From an uncultured Actinomycetes bacterium (GTDB lineage: Bacteria > Actinomycetota > Thermoleophilia > Gaiellales > Gaiellaceae), in the NCBI GenBank assembly GCA_963737405.1, contig CAVTSL010000005.1, positions 226,145-290,144 of the forward strand: a stretch of DNA of 64,000 nucleotides. The letters are read 5' to 3'. Positions 42,888-54,490 of this stretch are shown here, one piece after another. Each line of letters opens with the position of its first letter. Within the stretch, counting starts at the first letter, position 1. The notes beneath the pieces were generated by a model. The model worked only from the letters and a program-made list of their open reading frames with translations. It searched no databases and was not told the DNA's origin. The translations under genes were made by a program, and so were the position numbers.

Positions 42888-42991
42888 TTCGCGCACGAAC
42901 TTTCCGCACGGAGCGGGTTTGTTTCCCACAGATCCGTCCGGTGACGCTGGCAGCATGGCCGAACTTTTCCCTGCACATCGAAGGGTTCGCC

Positions 42992-44401
42992 ATGTCGAAA
43001 ACGCCACTGTCCACTCCTACCAATGCCTCGAGCGGAGTGGTTGACTCGCGCCCTGTGGCCCAGGTCGCCCAGTTCTCGTCCGCCGCCCCGGTTCCACCGC
43101 AAAATCTCGACGCCGAGGAATCTGTCCTCGGGGCGATGATGCTCTCCCCCGGTGCGATCGGGGCGGTGAGCGAGATCCTGGATGCGGGCGACTTCTACCG
43201 GGAGAGCCACGCCAAGATCTATCGGGCAGCGCTCTCCCTGTACGCCCGCGGCGAGCCCGTCGACGCCATTACCCTCGTCGACGGTCTCGAGGAACGAAGT
43301 GAGCTCGAGGATGCGGGTGGCCGCATCCGCATCCACGAGCTCGCGGCGCTCGTGCCCGCCGCCGCGAACGCGGCGCACTACGCACGGATCGTCCGGGAGA
43401 TGGCCACGCTCCGGGGGCTCATCCGGACCGGCCAGGAGATCGCCCGGCTCGGCTGGGAGCGGCCGGGTGAGACCGACCAGCTCGTCGACCAGGCCGAGCA
43501 GATCCTCTTCGACCTCTCGCAGGACCGCGTCTCCACCGAGTTCGCGCACATCGACCAGCTGCTGAAGGAGAGCTTCGAGCGGATCACGCAGCTCTACGAG
43601 GCCGGCGCCGATGTCACCGGCACTCCGTCCGGGTTCAAGGAGCTCGACCGGACGACGTCGGGCTTCCAGCCGGGCAACCTGATCATCGTCGCGGCGCGCC
43701 CGTCGATGGGGAAGTCGGCGCTCGGGCTCTGCATGGCCGCGAACCTCGCCGTCCGCGAGGGCGTGCCGGTCGGGATCTTCACGCTCGAGATGTCGAAGTC
43801 CGAGGTCACGCAGCGGCTGATGTGCAGCGAGGCGAAGGTCGAGTCGCAGCGGCTCCGCACCGGGAAGCTCGCGGTCGACGACTGGCCCCGGCTGACGGCC
43901 GCCTGCGACAAGCTCGCCAAGGCGCCGATCTACGTCGACGACACCGGGTCGATCAACCTGATGGAGATCCGCTCGAAGTCGCGTCGGCTCAAGTCGATGG
44001 AGCCGAACCTCGGGATGATCGTCATCGACTACCTCCAGCTGATGACGTCGGGAGGAACGCCCGAGAACCGCGTGCAGGAGGTGTCGCAGATCTCGCGCTC
44101 GCTCAAGGTGCTCGCGCGCGACCTCGACGTCCCGATCGTCGCGATGTCGCAGCTCTCACGGGCGGTCGAGCAGCGGCACGACAAGCGGCCGATCCTGTCC
44201 GACCTCCGCGAGTCCGGGTCGATCGAGCAGGACGCCGACCTCGTGATGTTCATCTACCGGGACGAGTACTACAACGAGGAGTCCGACCAGCAGGGAATGG
44301 CCGAGGTGATCGTCGCGAAGCACCGCAACGGCCCGACCGACTCGATGAAGCTGTCGTTCCTCAAGCGCTACGCGAAGTTCTCCGACCTCGCGGCAGCCTG
44401 A
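42992..44401 (+). CDS. dnaB: replicative DNA helicase
   Basis: ATG at 42992. Motifs PPQNLDAEESVLGAMM, Walker A ARPSMGKSA, IVIDYLQLM and SQLSRAVEQR. Confidence 0.95.
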   Translation: MSKTPLSTPTNASSGVVDSRPVAQVAQFSSAAPVPPQNLDAEESVLGAMMLSPGAIGAVSEILDAGDFYRESHAKIYRAALSLYARGEPVDAITLVDGLEERSELEDAGGRIRIHELAALVPAAANAAHYARIVREMATLRGLIRTGQEIARLGWERPGETDQLVDQAEQILFDLSQDRVSTEFAHIDQLLKESFERITQLYEAGADVTGTPSGFKELDRTTSGFQPGNLIIVAARPSMGKSALGLCMAANLAVREGVPVGIFTLEMSKSEVTQRLMCSEAKVESQRLRTGKLAVDDWPRLTAACDKLAKAPIYVDDTGSINLMEIRSKSRRLKSMEPNLGMIVIDYLQLMTSGGTPENRVQEVSQISRSLKVLARDLDVPIVAMSQLSRAVEQRHDKRPILSDLRESGSIEQDADLVMFIYRDEYYNEESDQQGMAEVIVAKHRNGPTDSMKLSFLKRYAKFSDLAAA

Positions 44402-44405
44402 TGGG

Positions 44406-45963
<1,558 letters not shown>

Positions 45964-45969
45964 GCGGGC

Positions 45970-46296
45970 TCAGTCGAACGTCACGACGAGCTTGGCGATC
46001 TCGTCGCCGCGGCTCGAGATGATCATGCGGCCGGCCTCGCGCCCGGCGTCTGCGCGCCACGCGTAGTGGGCGACGATCGGTTCCTCGGACTCCTCGACGG
46101 CGAGGATCTCGACCTCGTCGTCGGGCGGGTTCGCCGCGTACGCCTCTGCGATCGCCTGCTTGCCGTTGAACGGTCCGACCGGAACGCCTTCGAAGACGAG
46201 CTCGGCATCGTCGGTGAACTGGGCGAGCATCGGCGCGAAGTCGCCGGTGCGGATGCCCTGGTTGAAGAGCTCGACGTGGCGTTCGAGCAGCGTCAT
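45970..46296 (-). CDS. SnoaL/NTF2-like fold protein
   Basis: 108 aa. MTLLERHVELFNQGIRTGDFAPMLAQFTDDAELVFEG is an NTF2-like alpha+beta pattern. Confidence 0.7.
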   Translation of the reverse strand: MTLLERHVELFNQGIRTGDFAPMLAQFTDDAELVFEGVPVGPFNGKQAIAEAYAANPPDDEVEILAVEESEEPIVAHYAWRADAGREAGRMIISSRGDEIAKLVVTFD

Positions 46297-46362
46297 CGCG
46301 GCAGCTTAGGCACGGCGACTCGCGTGCTTCAAACCCGCCGACGGCCCGCATAGCATGGTCGC

Positions 46363-47586
46363 GTGAGAGTTCTCGTCCTGGGGTCTGGCGGACGTGAGCA
46401 CGCGTTGGCGTGGAAGCTCGCGCAGAGCCCGGGACTGTCGGAGCTGCACGCAGCGCCCGGGAACCCCGGCATCGCCGCGATCGGGCAGTGCCACCCGGTC
46501 CGCGCCGACGACGCCGAGGGCCTGCTCGCGCTCGCGCGCTCGCTCGACATCGACCTCGTGGTCGTCGGGCCGGAGGCGCCGCTCGTCGCGGGCGTCGCCG
46601 ACGCGCTTCGTCTCGGCGGGGTGGCGGTGTTCGGGCCGAGTGCAGCGGCTGCGCGGATCGAGGGGTCGAAGCGCTTCGCGAAGGAGGTGCTGCAGGCCGC
46701 GGGCGTCCCGACCGCGGACGCGTTGGCGGTCGCGCGACCTCCGTGCGTCGTGAAGGCGGACGGGCTCGCCGCGGGCAAGGGCGTCTTCGTGTGCCGCACC
46801 CAGGCCGAGCTCGACACGGCGCTGCGCGCGGTGGGGAGTTTCGGCGGCGACTTCGTCGTCGAGGAGCTGCTGGAGGGCGACGAGCTCTCGGTCTTCGCGA
46901 TCTGCGACGGCGCGCGGGCGCTCCCTCTGGCCCCGGCGCGCGACTTCAAGCGTGCGTTCGACGGCGACGAGGGGCCGAACACCGGCGGGATGGGCGCCTA
47001 CTCGCCCGTGCCCCTCTCGGACCTCGACGCCGCAGCGATCGTCGAAGCCGTCCACGAACCGGTGCTGCACGAGCTCGCGGAGCGCGGCACGCCGTTCATC
47101 GGCCTGCTCTATGCGGGGATGATGCTGACGGAGGACGGGCCGCAGGTGCTCGAGTTCAACTGCAGGTTCGGCGACCCCGAGACGCAGGCGATCCTCCCCC
47201 GCCTCGACGGCGACCTGCTCGGGACGCTCGCGGCGGCCGCGGCGGGCGACCTCGCGGAGTCGACTCTGCGCGTCTCGGACGACGCCGCCGTCACGGTCGT
47301 GATGGCGGCGCGCGACTACCCCGCGAAGTCGGACGTCGGCACGGCGATCAGCGGGCTCGAGGACGCCGAAGCGGACGGCGCGGTCGTCTTCCACGCGGGC
47401 ACGGCGCTTCGAAACGGCCGCCTCGTGACGAACGGTGGCAGGATCCTCGACGTGACCGCGACGGGGCCGACGATCGCAGACGCTCGTGCTCGCGCGTATT
47501 CGGCGGCAGAGAAGATCGTGTTCGACGGCGCGCGCTACAGGACGGACATCGCCGTCGAGGCGACCGACGGGGCGCCCGTTGGCTGA
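46363..47586 (+). CDS. purD: phosphoribosylamine-glycine ligase
   Basis: MRVLVLGSGGREHALAWKL, ATP-grasp motifs, EFNCRFGDPE. Confidence 0.95.
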   Translation: MRVLVLGSGGREHALAWKLAQSPGLSELHAAPGNPGIAAIGQCHPVRADDAEGLLALARSLDIDLVVVGPEAPLVAGVADALRLGGVAVFGPSAAAARIEGSKRFAKEVLQAAGVPTADALAVARPPCVVKADGLAAGKGVFVCRTQAELDTALRAVGSFGGDFVVEELLEGDELSVFAICDGARALPLAPARDFKRAFDGDEGPNTGGMGAYSPVPLSDLDAAAIVEAVHEPVLHELAERGTPFIGLLYAGMMLTEDGPQVLEFNCRFGDPETQAILPRLDGDLLGTLAAAAAGDLAESTLRVSDDAAVTVVMAARDYPAKSDVGTAISGLEDAEADGAVVFHAGTALRNGRLVTNGGRILDVTATGPTIADARARAYSAAEKIVFDGARYRTDIAVEATDGAPVG

Positions 47587-47992
47587 CGCGCCGAGTGTCG
47601 GGATCCTCGTCGGATCCGAGTCGGATCGCGAGCGCATGCAGGGCGGGATCGACGAGCTCGACGAGCGCGGGATCGCGTACGAGTTCGATGTGCGCTCCGC
47701 TCACCGCAATCCGGACGCCGTCGCCGAGTACGCGCGGACGGCGCGCGAGCGCGGCATCCGGGTGCTGATCTGCGGCGCGGGGCTCTCGGCCGCGCTGCCG
47801 GGCGTGGTCGCCGCCCACACCGACCTGCCGGTGATCGGCGTCCCGCTCCGCTCCAGCCTCAGCGTCCTCGACGGTCTCGACGCGCTCCTCGCGATCACGC
47901 AGATGCCGCCCGGCGTGCCGGTCGCGGCGGTCGGTGTCGACAACGCGAAGAACGCGGCGGCGCTCGCGGCGCGCATCCTCGGCGTGACGTGA
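47579..47992 (+). CDS. purE: 5-(carboxyamino)imidazole ribonucleotide mutase
   Basis: VGILVGSESD, RSAHRNPD and GAGLSAALPGVVAAHT. The start is taken as TTG at 47579, overlapping the purD stop. The exact start is uncertain. Confidence 0.85.
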   Translation: MADAPSVGILVGSESDRERMQGGIDELDERGIAYEFDVRSAHRNPDAVAEYARTARERGIRVLICGAGLSAALPGVVAAHTDLPVIGVPLRSSLSVLDGLDALLAITQMPPGVPVAAVGVDNAKNAAALAARILGVT

Positions 47993-48492
47993 ACGTCCGC
48001 CTCGCGCGGCCGGACGATGCGCGACGGCTCGCCGAGATCCACGTCGAGACGTGGCGGGCGACGTACCCCGGCGTCGTGCCGCAGGCGGTGCTCGACGGCC
48101 TCAGCGTCGAGCGGCGTGAGGAACAGTGGGAGCGGTGGATCCCGGATCCGGCTTCGACGGCGTTCGTGGCCGAGATCGACGGCCAGGTCGTCGGGTTCGT
48201 CAACGTCGGGCCGTGCTTCTCGACAGCGGGGCTCGGCGAGCTCTACGCGATCTACGTCGTGCCGGCCGCGCAGGGGACCGGCGCGGGCAGCGCCCTGATG
48301 GAGTCGGCGGTCGACGCGCTCGGGGAGCGCTTCGACGAGGCGATCCTCTGGGTCGCGACGGAGAACCCGCGTGCCCGGCGCTTCTACGAGCGGCACGGCT
48401 GGACCGTCGACGGCGAACGGATCGACGACTGGTTCCCGGGCATGTCGTTGCACGAGACGCGGTACCGCCTGTCCGGCCTGGGGCGGCGCTAG
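47989..48492 (+). CDS. GNAT family N-acetyltransferase
   Basis: GTGA overlap with purE. Acetyl-CoA motif VVPAAQGTGAGSALM and C-terminal RFYERHGW. Confidence 0.85.
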   Translation: MNVRLARPDDARRLAEIHVETWRATYPGVVPQAVLDGLSVERREEQWERWIPDPASTAFVAEIDGQVVGFVNVGPCFSTAGLGELYAIYVVPAAQGTGAGSALMESAVDALGERFDEAILWVATENPRARRFYERHGWTVDGERIDDWFPGMSLHETRYRLSGLGRR

Positions 48493-48501
48493 TCTGGCCT
48501 G

Positions 48502-49824
48502 GTGATCGCCCGCTACTCCCGTCCGGCGATGGCCGGGGTCTGGTCGGAGCAGCGCAAGCTCGAACGGTGGCTCGAGGTCGAGCTCGCCGCGCTGGACGCG
48601 TGGGCGGAGGTCGGTCGCGTGCCCCAGGAGGCCGCCGACGCGATCCGGGCGAGTGCGAAGGCGCCGACCCCCGAGCGGGTGCGCGAGATCGAGGAGCGCA
48701 CGCAGCACGACGTGGCCGCGTTCGTCGACGCGGTCGCCGAGGGCCTCGGGGAGGAGGGCAGGTGGTTCCACTACGGGCTCACCTCGTCCGACGTGCTGGA
48801 CACGGCGCTCTCGCTGCAGATCCAGGAGGCCGGCCGGCTCGTCCTCGGCGGTCTCGCGCGAGCGTTCGACGCGGTCGCGGCGCGCGCGGACGAGCACGTC
48901 GAGACGATCACGATCGGCCGGACCCACGGCGTGCACGCGGAGCCGACGACGTTCGGGCTCAAGCTCGCCGGGTGGGCGTTCGAGCTGGACCGCGACCGCG
49001 TGCGGGTGGAGCGCGCGCTCGAAGGGCTGCGGGTCGGGAAGCTGTCGGGTGCAGTCGGGACGTACTCGGCGACCGATCCGGAGGTCGAGCGCCTCGCGTG
49101 CGAGCGGCTGGGGCTGGAGCCGGCGCCTACGTCGACCCAGATCCTGCAGCGCGACCGGCACGCGGAGCTGCTCGCCGCTCTGGCTGTGGCGGCTTCGTCG
49201 CTCGAGACGTTCGCGCTCGAGATCAGGCACCTCGCGCGAACCGAGGTGCGCGAGGTCCAGGAGCCGTTCGGCAAGGGACAGAAAGGCTCCTCGTCGATGC
49301 CGCACAAGCGGAACCCGGTCGTGTCGGAGCGCCTGTGCGGACTTGCGCGCGTCGTCCGCGGCGCGGCGCTCGTCGGGTTCGAGAACGTCGCGCTCTGGCA
49401 CGAGCGCGACATCTCGCACTCGTCCGCCGAGCGGGTCGTCCTGCCGGACGCGTTTCTCGCGCTCGACTACATGCTCGATCGCTTCGCGTGGCTCGCCGAA
49501 GGGCTCGTCGTCTTCCCGGAGCGCATGCGGCGGAACCTCGAGCAGAGCCACTTCCTCTTCTTCAGCCAGCGGGTTCTGCTCGCGCTCGTCGAGAGCGGCC
49601 TCTCACGGGACGAGGCATATCGCCTCGTCCAGCGCACCTCGATGCGCGCGTGGGAGGAGGAGCAGGACTTTCGCGAGCTCGTGCGGGCCGACGCCGAGAT
49701 CGCGGGCCGGATCGACCTCGAGGAGGCGTTCTCGCTCGAGCCGTACACCCGTCACGTCGACACCGTCTTCGAGCGCCTGCACGCGCTCGTCCGAACGAGA
49801 GAAGAGGAGCCAACGTATGCCTGA
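48502..49824 (+). CDS. purB: adenylosuccinate lyase
   Basis: TSSDVLDTA, GRTHGVHAEPTTFG and the signature GSSSMPHKRNP. Confidence 0.95.
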   Translation: MIARYSRPAMAGVWSEQRKLERWLEVELAALDAWAEVGRVPQEAADAIRASAKAPTPERVREIEERTQHDVAAFVDAVAEGLGEEGRWFHYGLTSSDVLDTALSLQIQEAGRLVLGGLARAFDAVAARADEHVETITIGRTHGVHAEPTTFGLKLAGWAFELDRDRVRVERALEGLRVGKLSGAVGTYSATDPEVERLACERLGLEPAPTSTQILQRDRHAELLAALAVAASSLETFALEIRHLARTEVREVQEPFGKGQKGSSSMPHKRNPVVSERLCGLARVVRGAALVGFENVALWHERDISHSSAERVVLPDAFLALDYMLDRFAWLAEGLVVFPERMRRNLEQSHFLFFSQRVLLALVESGLSRDEAYRLVQRTSMRAWEEEQDFRELVRADAEIAGRIDLEEAFSLEPYTRHVDTVFERLHALVRTREEEPTYA

Positions 49825-50680
49825 AGCCGCCGCACACGTCGGAAGCGGGAAGGTCCGCGAGCTCTACGCGCTCGACGACGACCGTCTGCTGCTCGTCGCG
49901 AGCGATCGCATCTCGACCTTCGACGTCGTCCTGCCGACCGAGATCCCCGACAAGGGACGCGTCCTCACCGGGCTTGCCGGGTTCTGGTTCGCGCGGACGC
50001 GGGACATCGTCCCGAACCACCTCATCTCGCTCGCGGACGACGGCCGCACGACCGAGTGCCGGCGGCTCGAGATGCTGCCGATCGAGTGCGTCGTCCGCGG
50101 CTACCTGTCCGGCTCGGGCTGGAAGGACTACGTCGCGACCGGTGCCACGTCGGGCCACGTCCTTCCGAGCGGGATGCAGGAGTCCGATCGACTCCCGGAG
50201 CCGATCTTCACGCCGGCGACGAAGGCGCAGGAAGGCCACGACGAGAACATCGACGCCGCGCGCGCCTCCGAGCTCGTCGGCGAGGAGCGTTTCCGCGAGG
50301 TCGAGCGGGTCGCGCTCGCGCTCTACGCCTTTGCCGCCGAGTACGCGCTCGAGCGCGGGATCATCATCGCGGACACGAAGTTCGAGTTCGGAGTCGACGA
50401 GGAAGACCGGCTCGTGCTCGGCGACGAGGCGCTCACGCCCGACTCGTCGCGCTTCTGGCCGGCGGACGAGTATCGCCCCGGCGGCGCGCAGCCGTCGTTC
50501 GACAAGCAGTTCGTCCGCGACTACTGCGAGACGCTCGGCTGGGACAAGACCGCTCCCGGCCCCGAGCTCCCGGACAACGTCGTCGCGGGGACGCGCGCAC
50601 GGTATGTCGAGGCGTTCGAGCGCGTGACCGGGATCCCGTTCGACGACTACCTGGCCGAGCCCGCGGTCGTGCTGCGGTGA
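49817..50680 (+). CDS. purC: phosphoribosylaminoimidazole-succinocarboxamide synthase
   Basis: ATG at 49817 overlaps the purB end. Motifs GKVRELY, ASDRISTFD and IIADTKFEFG. Confidence 0.93.
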   Translation: MPEAAAHVGSGKVRELYALDDDRLLLVASDRISTFDVVLPTEIPDKGRVLTGLAGFWFARTRDIVPNHLISLADDGRTTECRRLEMLPIECVVRGYLSGSGWKDYVATGATSGHVLPSGMQESDRLPEPIFTPATKAQEGHDENIDAARASELVGEERFREVERVALALYAFAAEYALERGIIIADTKFEFGVDEEDRLVLGDEALTPDSSRFWPADEYRPGGAQPSFDKQFVRDYCETLGWDKTAPGPELPDNVVAGTRARYVEAFERVTGIPFDDYLAEPAVVLR

Positions 50681-50919
50681 GGGCGACCGTCGTCGTCCGG
50701 CCGAAGGAAGGGATCCTCGACCCGCAGGGGCAAGCGGTCGAGAGCTCGCTGCGCCAGCTCGGCTTTCCCGTCGGCGAGGCCCGCGTCGGTCGCGTCGTCG
50801 ATCTCGAGCTCGAGTCGACCGACGCCGCGCAGGCGCGAGCCGAGGTCGAGCGCATGTGCGAGCAGCTCCTGGCGAACCCGCTCATCGAGAGCTTCGAGAT
50901 CGAGCTGACCGAGGCGTGA
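50677..50919 (+). CDS. purS: phosphoribosylformylglycinamidine synthase subunit PurS
   Basis: GTGA overlap with purC. 80 aa. VVVRPKEGILDPQGQAV...ANPLIESFEIE. Confidence 0.9.
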   Translation: MRATVVVRPKEGILDPQGQAVESSLRQLGFPVGEARVGRVVDLELESTDAAQARAEVERMCEQLLANPLIESFEIELTEA

Positions 50920-51611
50920 GCGAGCGCAGGCCGAAGATCGCCGTGCTGACCTTCCCGGGGTCGAACGACGACCGCGACGCGGCGTGGGCGCTCCATGCCC
51001 TCGGTGCCGACCCTGTGTCGGTCTGGCACCGCGACGATGCGCTTCCCGACGTGTCGGGTGTCGTCCTGCCCGGCGGGTTCTCGTACGGCGACTACCTTCG
51101 CTGCGGCGCGATCGCCCGCTTCGCTCCGGCGATGGAGGCGGTCGGTCGCTTCGCCGCCGACGGCGGGCCCGTGCTCGGAATCTGCAACGGCTTCCAGATC
51201 CTCTGCGAGGCCGGGCTCCTGCCGGGCGTGCTCCGCCCGAACCGGTCGCTCGAGTTCATTTGTCGTGATGTGCGCGTGCGCGTCGTGCGCGCGGACACGA
51301 AGCTCACCGCGCGTTGCACCGAGGGGCAGACGCTGTCGATCCCCGTCAAGCACGGCGAAGGCTGCTGGTACGCCGACGACGAGCTCTACAGCGAGCTGAC
51401 CGACCTCGACCAGATCGTCCTGCGCTATGAGGACAACCCGAACGGCGCAGTCCACGACGTCGCGGGAGTCTGCAACCGGGAGGGCAACGTGCTCGGGCTG
51501 ATGCCCCATCCGGAGCACGCGGTCGATCCGCTGCTCGGATCGGCCGACGGCTCGTTCATCCTCGCGTCGCTCGTCGACGCCGCACGCGACCGCGAAGCGG
51601 CACTCGTCTAG
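50916..51611 (+). CDS. purQ: phosphoribosylformylglycinamidine synthase I (glutaminase subunit)
   Basis: GTGA overlap with purS. Motifs LPGGFSYGDYLR, GICNGFQ (Cys nucleophile) and MPHPE. Confidence 0.93.
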   Translation: MSERRPKIAVLTFPGSNDDRDAAWALHALGADPVSVWHRDDALPDVSGVVLPGGFSYGDYLRCGAIARFAPAMEAVGRFAADGGPVLGICNGFQILCEAGLLPGVLRPNRSLEFICRDVRVRVVRADTKLTARCTEGQTLSIPVKHGEGCWYADDELYSELTDLDQIVLRYEDNPNGAVHDVAGVCNREGNVLGLMPHPEHAVDPLLGSADGSFILASLVDAARDREAALV

Positions 51612-51898
51612 GCATCACCTCCGAAGCCCAGGGTCTCGGCGAGCTCGGGATGCTTGAGCAGCGCCTGGCGCAGACGCTCGACGTCTCGCGCGCGGAGGGT
51701 CACCGGTCCGCGTCGCGCCGAGCCGTCGGTCGTGTACGCGAACCGGACGAACCGCTCGCCCTTCGCGTTCTCGAGGAGCTGGACGACGGAGGCGAACCGA
51801 CGCTCCCCGGCTCGCTGCGGGATCTCGAGCTGGTCGACGAGGGCGGCGTCGCCCCACGGCGTCGCGGCTTTGACGCTTGCTCGGGCTTTCGTGCTCAT
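51608..51898 (-). CDS. hypothetical protein (96 aa)
   Basis: ATG at 51898. The sequence is globular and plausible (FASVVQLLENAKGERFVRFAYTTDGSARRGPVTLRARDVERL). The upstream part of ORF 51608..52333 is shadow sequence. Confidence 0.55.
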   Translation of the reverse strand: MSTKARASVKAATPWGDAALVDQLEIPQRAGERRFASVVQLLENAKGERFVRFAYTTDGSARRGPVTLRARDVERLRQALLKHPELAETLGFGGDA

Positions 51899-51972
51899 GA
51901 GAACGACCGTAGCGGCGAAGGTGTGCCGTGTCTGTGTCGCGTCTGTGCCGAATGTGAGACTTCTCCTCCACA

Positions 51973-53028
51973 GTGATCGTCGCGCACGTCGATCTGGACG
52001 CCTTCTTCGCCGCCGTCGAGGAGCTCGACGATCCGAGCCTGCGCGCGCGGCCGCTCGTCGTCGGAGGCGACCCACACGGCCGAGGAGTCGTCGCGACGGC
52101 GAACTACGCGGCGCGCCGGTTCGGCATCCACTCCGCCATGAGCTGCGCGGAGGCGCTCCGCCGCTGCCCGACCGCGATCTTCCTGCGGCCGCGGCATTCG
52201 CGTTACCGCGACGTCTCGCGGAGTGTCTGGGCCACGATCCGCGAGCTCGCGCCGGTCGTCGAGCAGACCGGCATCGACGAGGGCTACCTCGACCTGACCG
52301 ACGAGGCCCCGGACTTCCTCGCGGCTCGGGCACTCGCGGAGGCGATCCAGACCGCCGTCCGCGGGACGACCAGTCTCACCTGCTCGCTCGGGATCGCGAG
52401 CTGCAAGGTCGTCGCGAAGATCGCGAGCGACCGGCGCAAGCCGGCCGGGATCACCGTCGTCTCGGCCGGGAAGGAGGCGGCGTTCCTCGCCCCGCTCGAC
52501 GTTCGCCGACTGCCGGGCGTCGGACCACGAGCGGAGGCGCGACTTCGCCCTGCCGGCGTGACGACGATCGGAGGCCTGGCTGCGCTCACGGACGACGAGC
52601 TTGCGACGCTGCTGCCGGGGAAGCTCGGCACGGAGCTCCGCGAGCGGGCACACGGCATCGACCGGCGGCGGGTCGTCGCGGTCTCCGAACCCCCGGTCTC
52701 GATCAGCCACGAGGAGACGTTCGACCACGACGTCGCAGACCGCGACCGCCTGCACGGCGAGCTGCGCCGGATGGCGGACAGCATCTCCCGTCGACTGAAC
52801 GAGCGCGGTCTCTACGCCCGAACCGTCACGACCAAGCTGCGCTACGGCGACTTCACGACGCGCACGCGCTCGATGACGCTCACGACGGGGATCGAGGACG
52901 CGGACCGGATCCATCGGCTCGCGAGCGAGCTGCTGGAACGAGCGCTGACCGAACGCCCGGGCGCCCTGAGACTCGTCGGCGTCAGCGTGTCGGGACTGCA
53001 GCCTCTCGCGCAGCTCGCGCTCGTCTAG
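51973..53028 (+). CDS. dinB: DNA polymerase IV (Y-family)
   Basis: IVAHVDLDAFFAAVEE, GIDEGYLD and SLGIASCKVVAKIAS. Confidence 0.93.
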   Translation: MIVAHVDLDAFFAAVEELDDPSLRARPLVVGGDPHGRGVVATANYAARRFGIHSAMSCAEALRRCPTAIFLRPRHSRYRDVSRSVWATIRELAPVVEQTGIDEGYLDLTDEAPDFLAARALAEAIQTAVRGTTSLTCSLGIASCKVVAKIASDRRKPAGITVVSAGKEAAFLAPLDVRRLPGVGPRAEARLRPAGVTTIGGLAALTDDELATLLPGKLGTELRERAHGIDRRRVVAVSEPPVSISHEETFDHDVADRDRLHGELRRMADSISRRLNERGLYARTVTTKLRYGDFTTRTRSMTLTTGIEDADRIHRLASELLERALTERPGALRLVGVSVSGLQPLAQLALV

Positions 53029-53072
53029 CCCGTGCGCGAGGCAGATGAGATGCTCGGGCTCGCGCACCCGAC

Positions 53073-54398
53073 GTGGATCTCCCGACCGTGAGCGAACCGA
53101 CGACCTCGTGGTGGCTCGAGGAGGCCCCGCCCGACGAGGCGGCGGCGCCGCTCACGCGCGACCTCGACGCGGACGTCGCGATCGTCGGCGGCGGCTACTG
53201 CGGCCTCTGGACCGCGCTCGCGCTCCACCGCCGCTCGCCCGAGCTCCGGGTGGTCCTGCTCGAAGCAGCTCGATGCGGACACGGCCCGAGCGGCCGAAAC
53301 GGCGGCTTCCTCCACGGCTACTGGAGCATGCTCGGGTGGCTGCGCGAGGTGCTCGGCGACAAGCGCGCGCTCGAGCTCGCACGCGCAGGCGACAGGATCC
53401 TCCCGGCGGTGCGCGAGCTCGGCGAGGACGTCTGGCTCCGCGAGGCCGGCCTGCTCGAGGTCGCGACGACCGACGAGCAGGAGGCGTCGCTCGGCCACGC
53501 GGTCGAGACTGCCCGTGAGCTGCGAGTGCCGGACGAGGCGGTCGCGGTCTCGGCCGAGGAGGTCGAGCGACGCTGCGCCTCGCCCCGCTTCCGAAGCGGC
53601 GTCCTCTTCCGTGAGTGCGCGACCGTCCAGCCGGCGCGCCTCGCGCGCGCACTGCGGCGCGCGGCGCTCGCGGCCGGCGTCGAGATCTACGAGCAGAGCC
53701 CGGCCGAGCGCGTGCGGGACAACCGCGTGGAGACGCCGGGCGGCTCCGTCCGAGCCCGCGACGTCGTACTCGCGACGAACGCCGCGCTCGCGTCGTGGGG
53801 GCCGACCGCGCCGCGCCTCGCGCGCTTCCGCTCGTACGTCGTGCTGACCGAGCCCGTGCCCGACCTGCTCCGCGAGCTCGGCTGGACCGGCGGCGAGGCG
53901 ATCAGCGACGGCCGGATGTTCCTGCACTACTTCCGCACCACCGAGGACGGCCGCGTGCTCATGGGCAGCGCGGGCGGAACCCGCCGCCATGCCGAGCGCG
54001 GGCTCCGGCTGCTCCTGCCCGCTCTCGCCGACGCGAAGATCACGCACGACTGGGGCGGCCCGATCGACGTCTCCGCCGACCGTCTCCCGCAAGTCGGCTC
54101 CCGTGGCCGCATCCACTACGCGGCCGGGTTCACCGGCAACGGCGTCGGCCCGACGTGGCTCGCGGCGCAGGCGCTCTCGTCGCTCGTCCTGCGCGCGAAC
54201 GACGAGTGGTCGCGCCTTCCGCTCGTCGGCCGCTACGTCCCGCGGCTGCCGCCGTTCAAGAACGCGGGCGGCGAGCTCGTCCGCCGCTCGGTCCTCGCGC
54301 TCGAGGAGGCCGAGGAGGAAGGCCGGCGACGGCCGCTCGTCGCGCGCGCAGGCGCCGCGCTCCCGCGCCTGACGGGAACGCGGCTCGGGCTGCGTTAG
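53073..54398 (+). CDS. FAD-dependent oxidoreductase (DAO family, PuuB/gamma-glutamylputrescine oxidase-like)
   Basis: Dinucleotide motif DVAIVGGGYCGLWTA, with GRNGG shortly after. 441 aa. Confidence 0.8.
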   Translation: MDLPTVSEPTTSWWLEEAPPDEAAAPLTRDLDADVAIVGGGYCGLWTALALHRRSPELRVVLLEAARCGHGPSGRNGGFLHGYWSMLGWLREVLGDKRALELARAGDRILPAVRELGEDVWLREAGLLEVATTDEQEASLGHAVETARELRVPDEAVAVSAEEVERRCASPRFRSGVLFRECATVQPARLARALRRAALAAGVEIYEQSPAERVRDNRVETPGGSVRARDVVLATNAALASWGPTAPRLARFRSYVVLTEPVPDLLRELGWTGGEAISDGRMFLHYFRTTEDGRVLMGSAGGTRRHAERGLRLLLPALADAKITHDWGGPIDVSADRLPQVGSRGRIHYAAGFTGNGVGPTWLAAQALSSLVLRANDEWSRLPLVGRYVPRLPPFKNAGGELVRRSVLALEEAEEEGRRRPLVARAGAALPRLTGTRLGLR

Positions 54399-54464
54399 GA
54401 GGGTTTGGCGGAGTGGGCCTCGTCGTCGGGGTGCGATGGTCGTTCCGAGGCAAGGACGCAGGGA

Positions 54465-54490
54465 GCGTCGATAGCCGAAGCTATCGACGC
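54465..54490. terminator. perfect 11-bp hairpin in a convergent intergenic region
   Basis: GCGTCGATAGC-CGAA-GCTATCGACGC, nested inside a longer 22-bp outer stem (54397-54418 / 54539-54560). Confidence 0.45.

Noticed and set aside
47579-51611. Absence of purK next to purE and of purL after purQ, as possible gene loss.
   Set aside because: Purine genes are often dispersed. There are no gene remnants or frame breaks at these junctions, so this is more likely normal organisation than a lesion.
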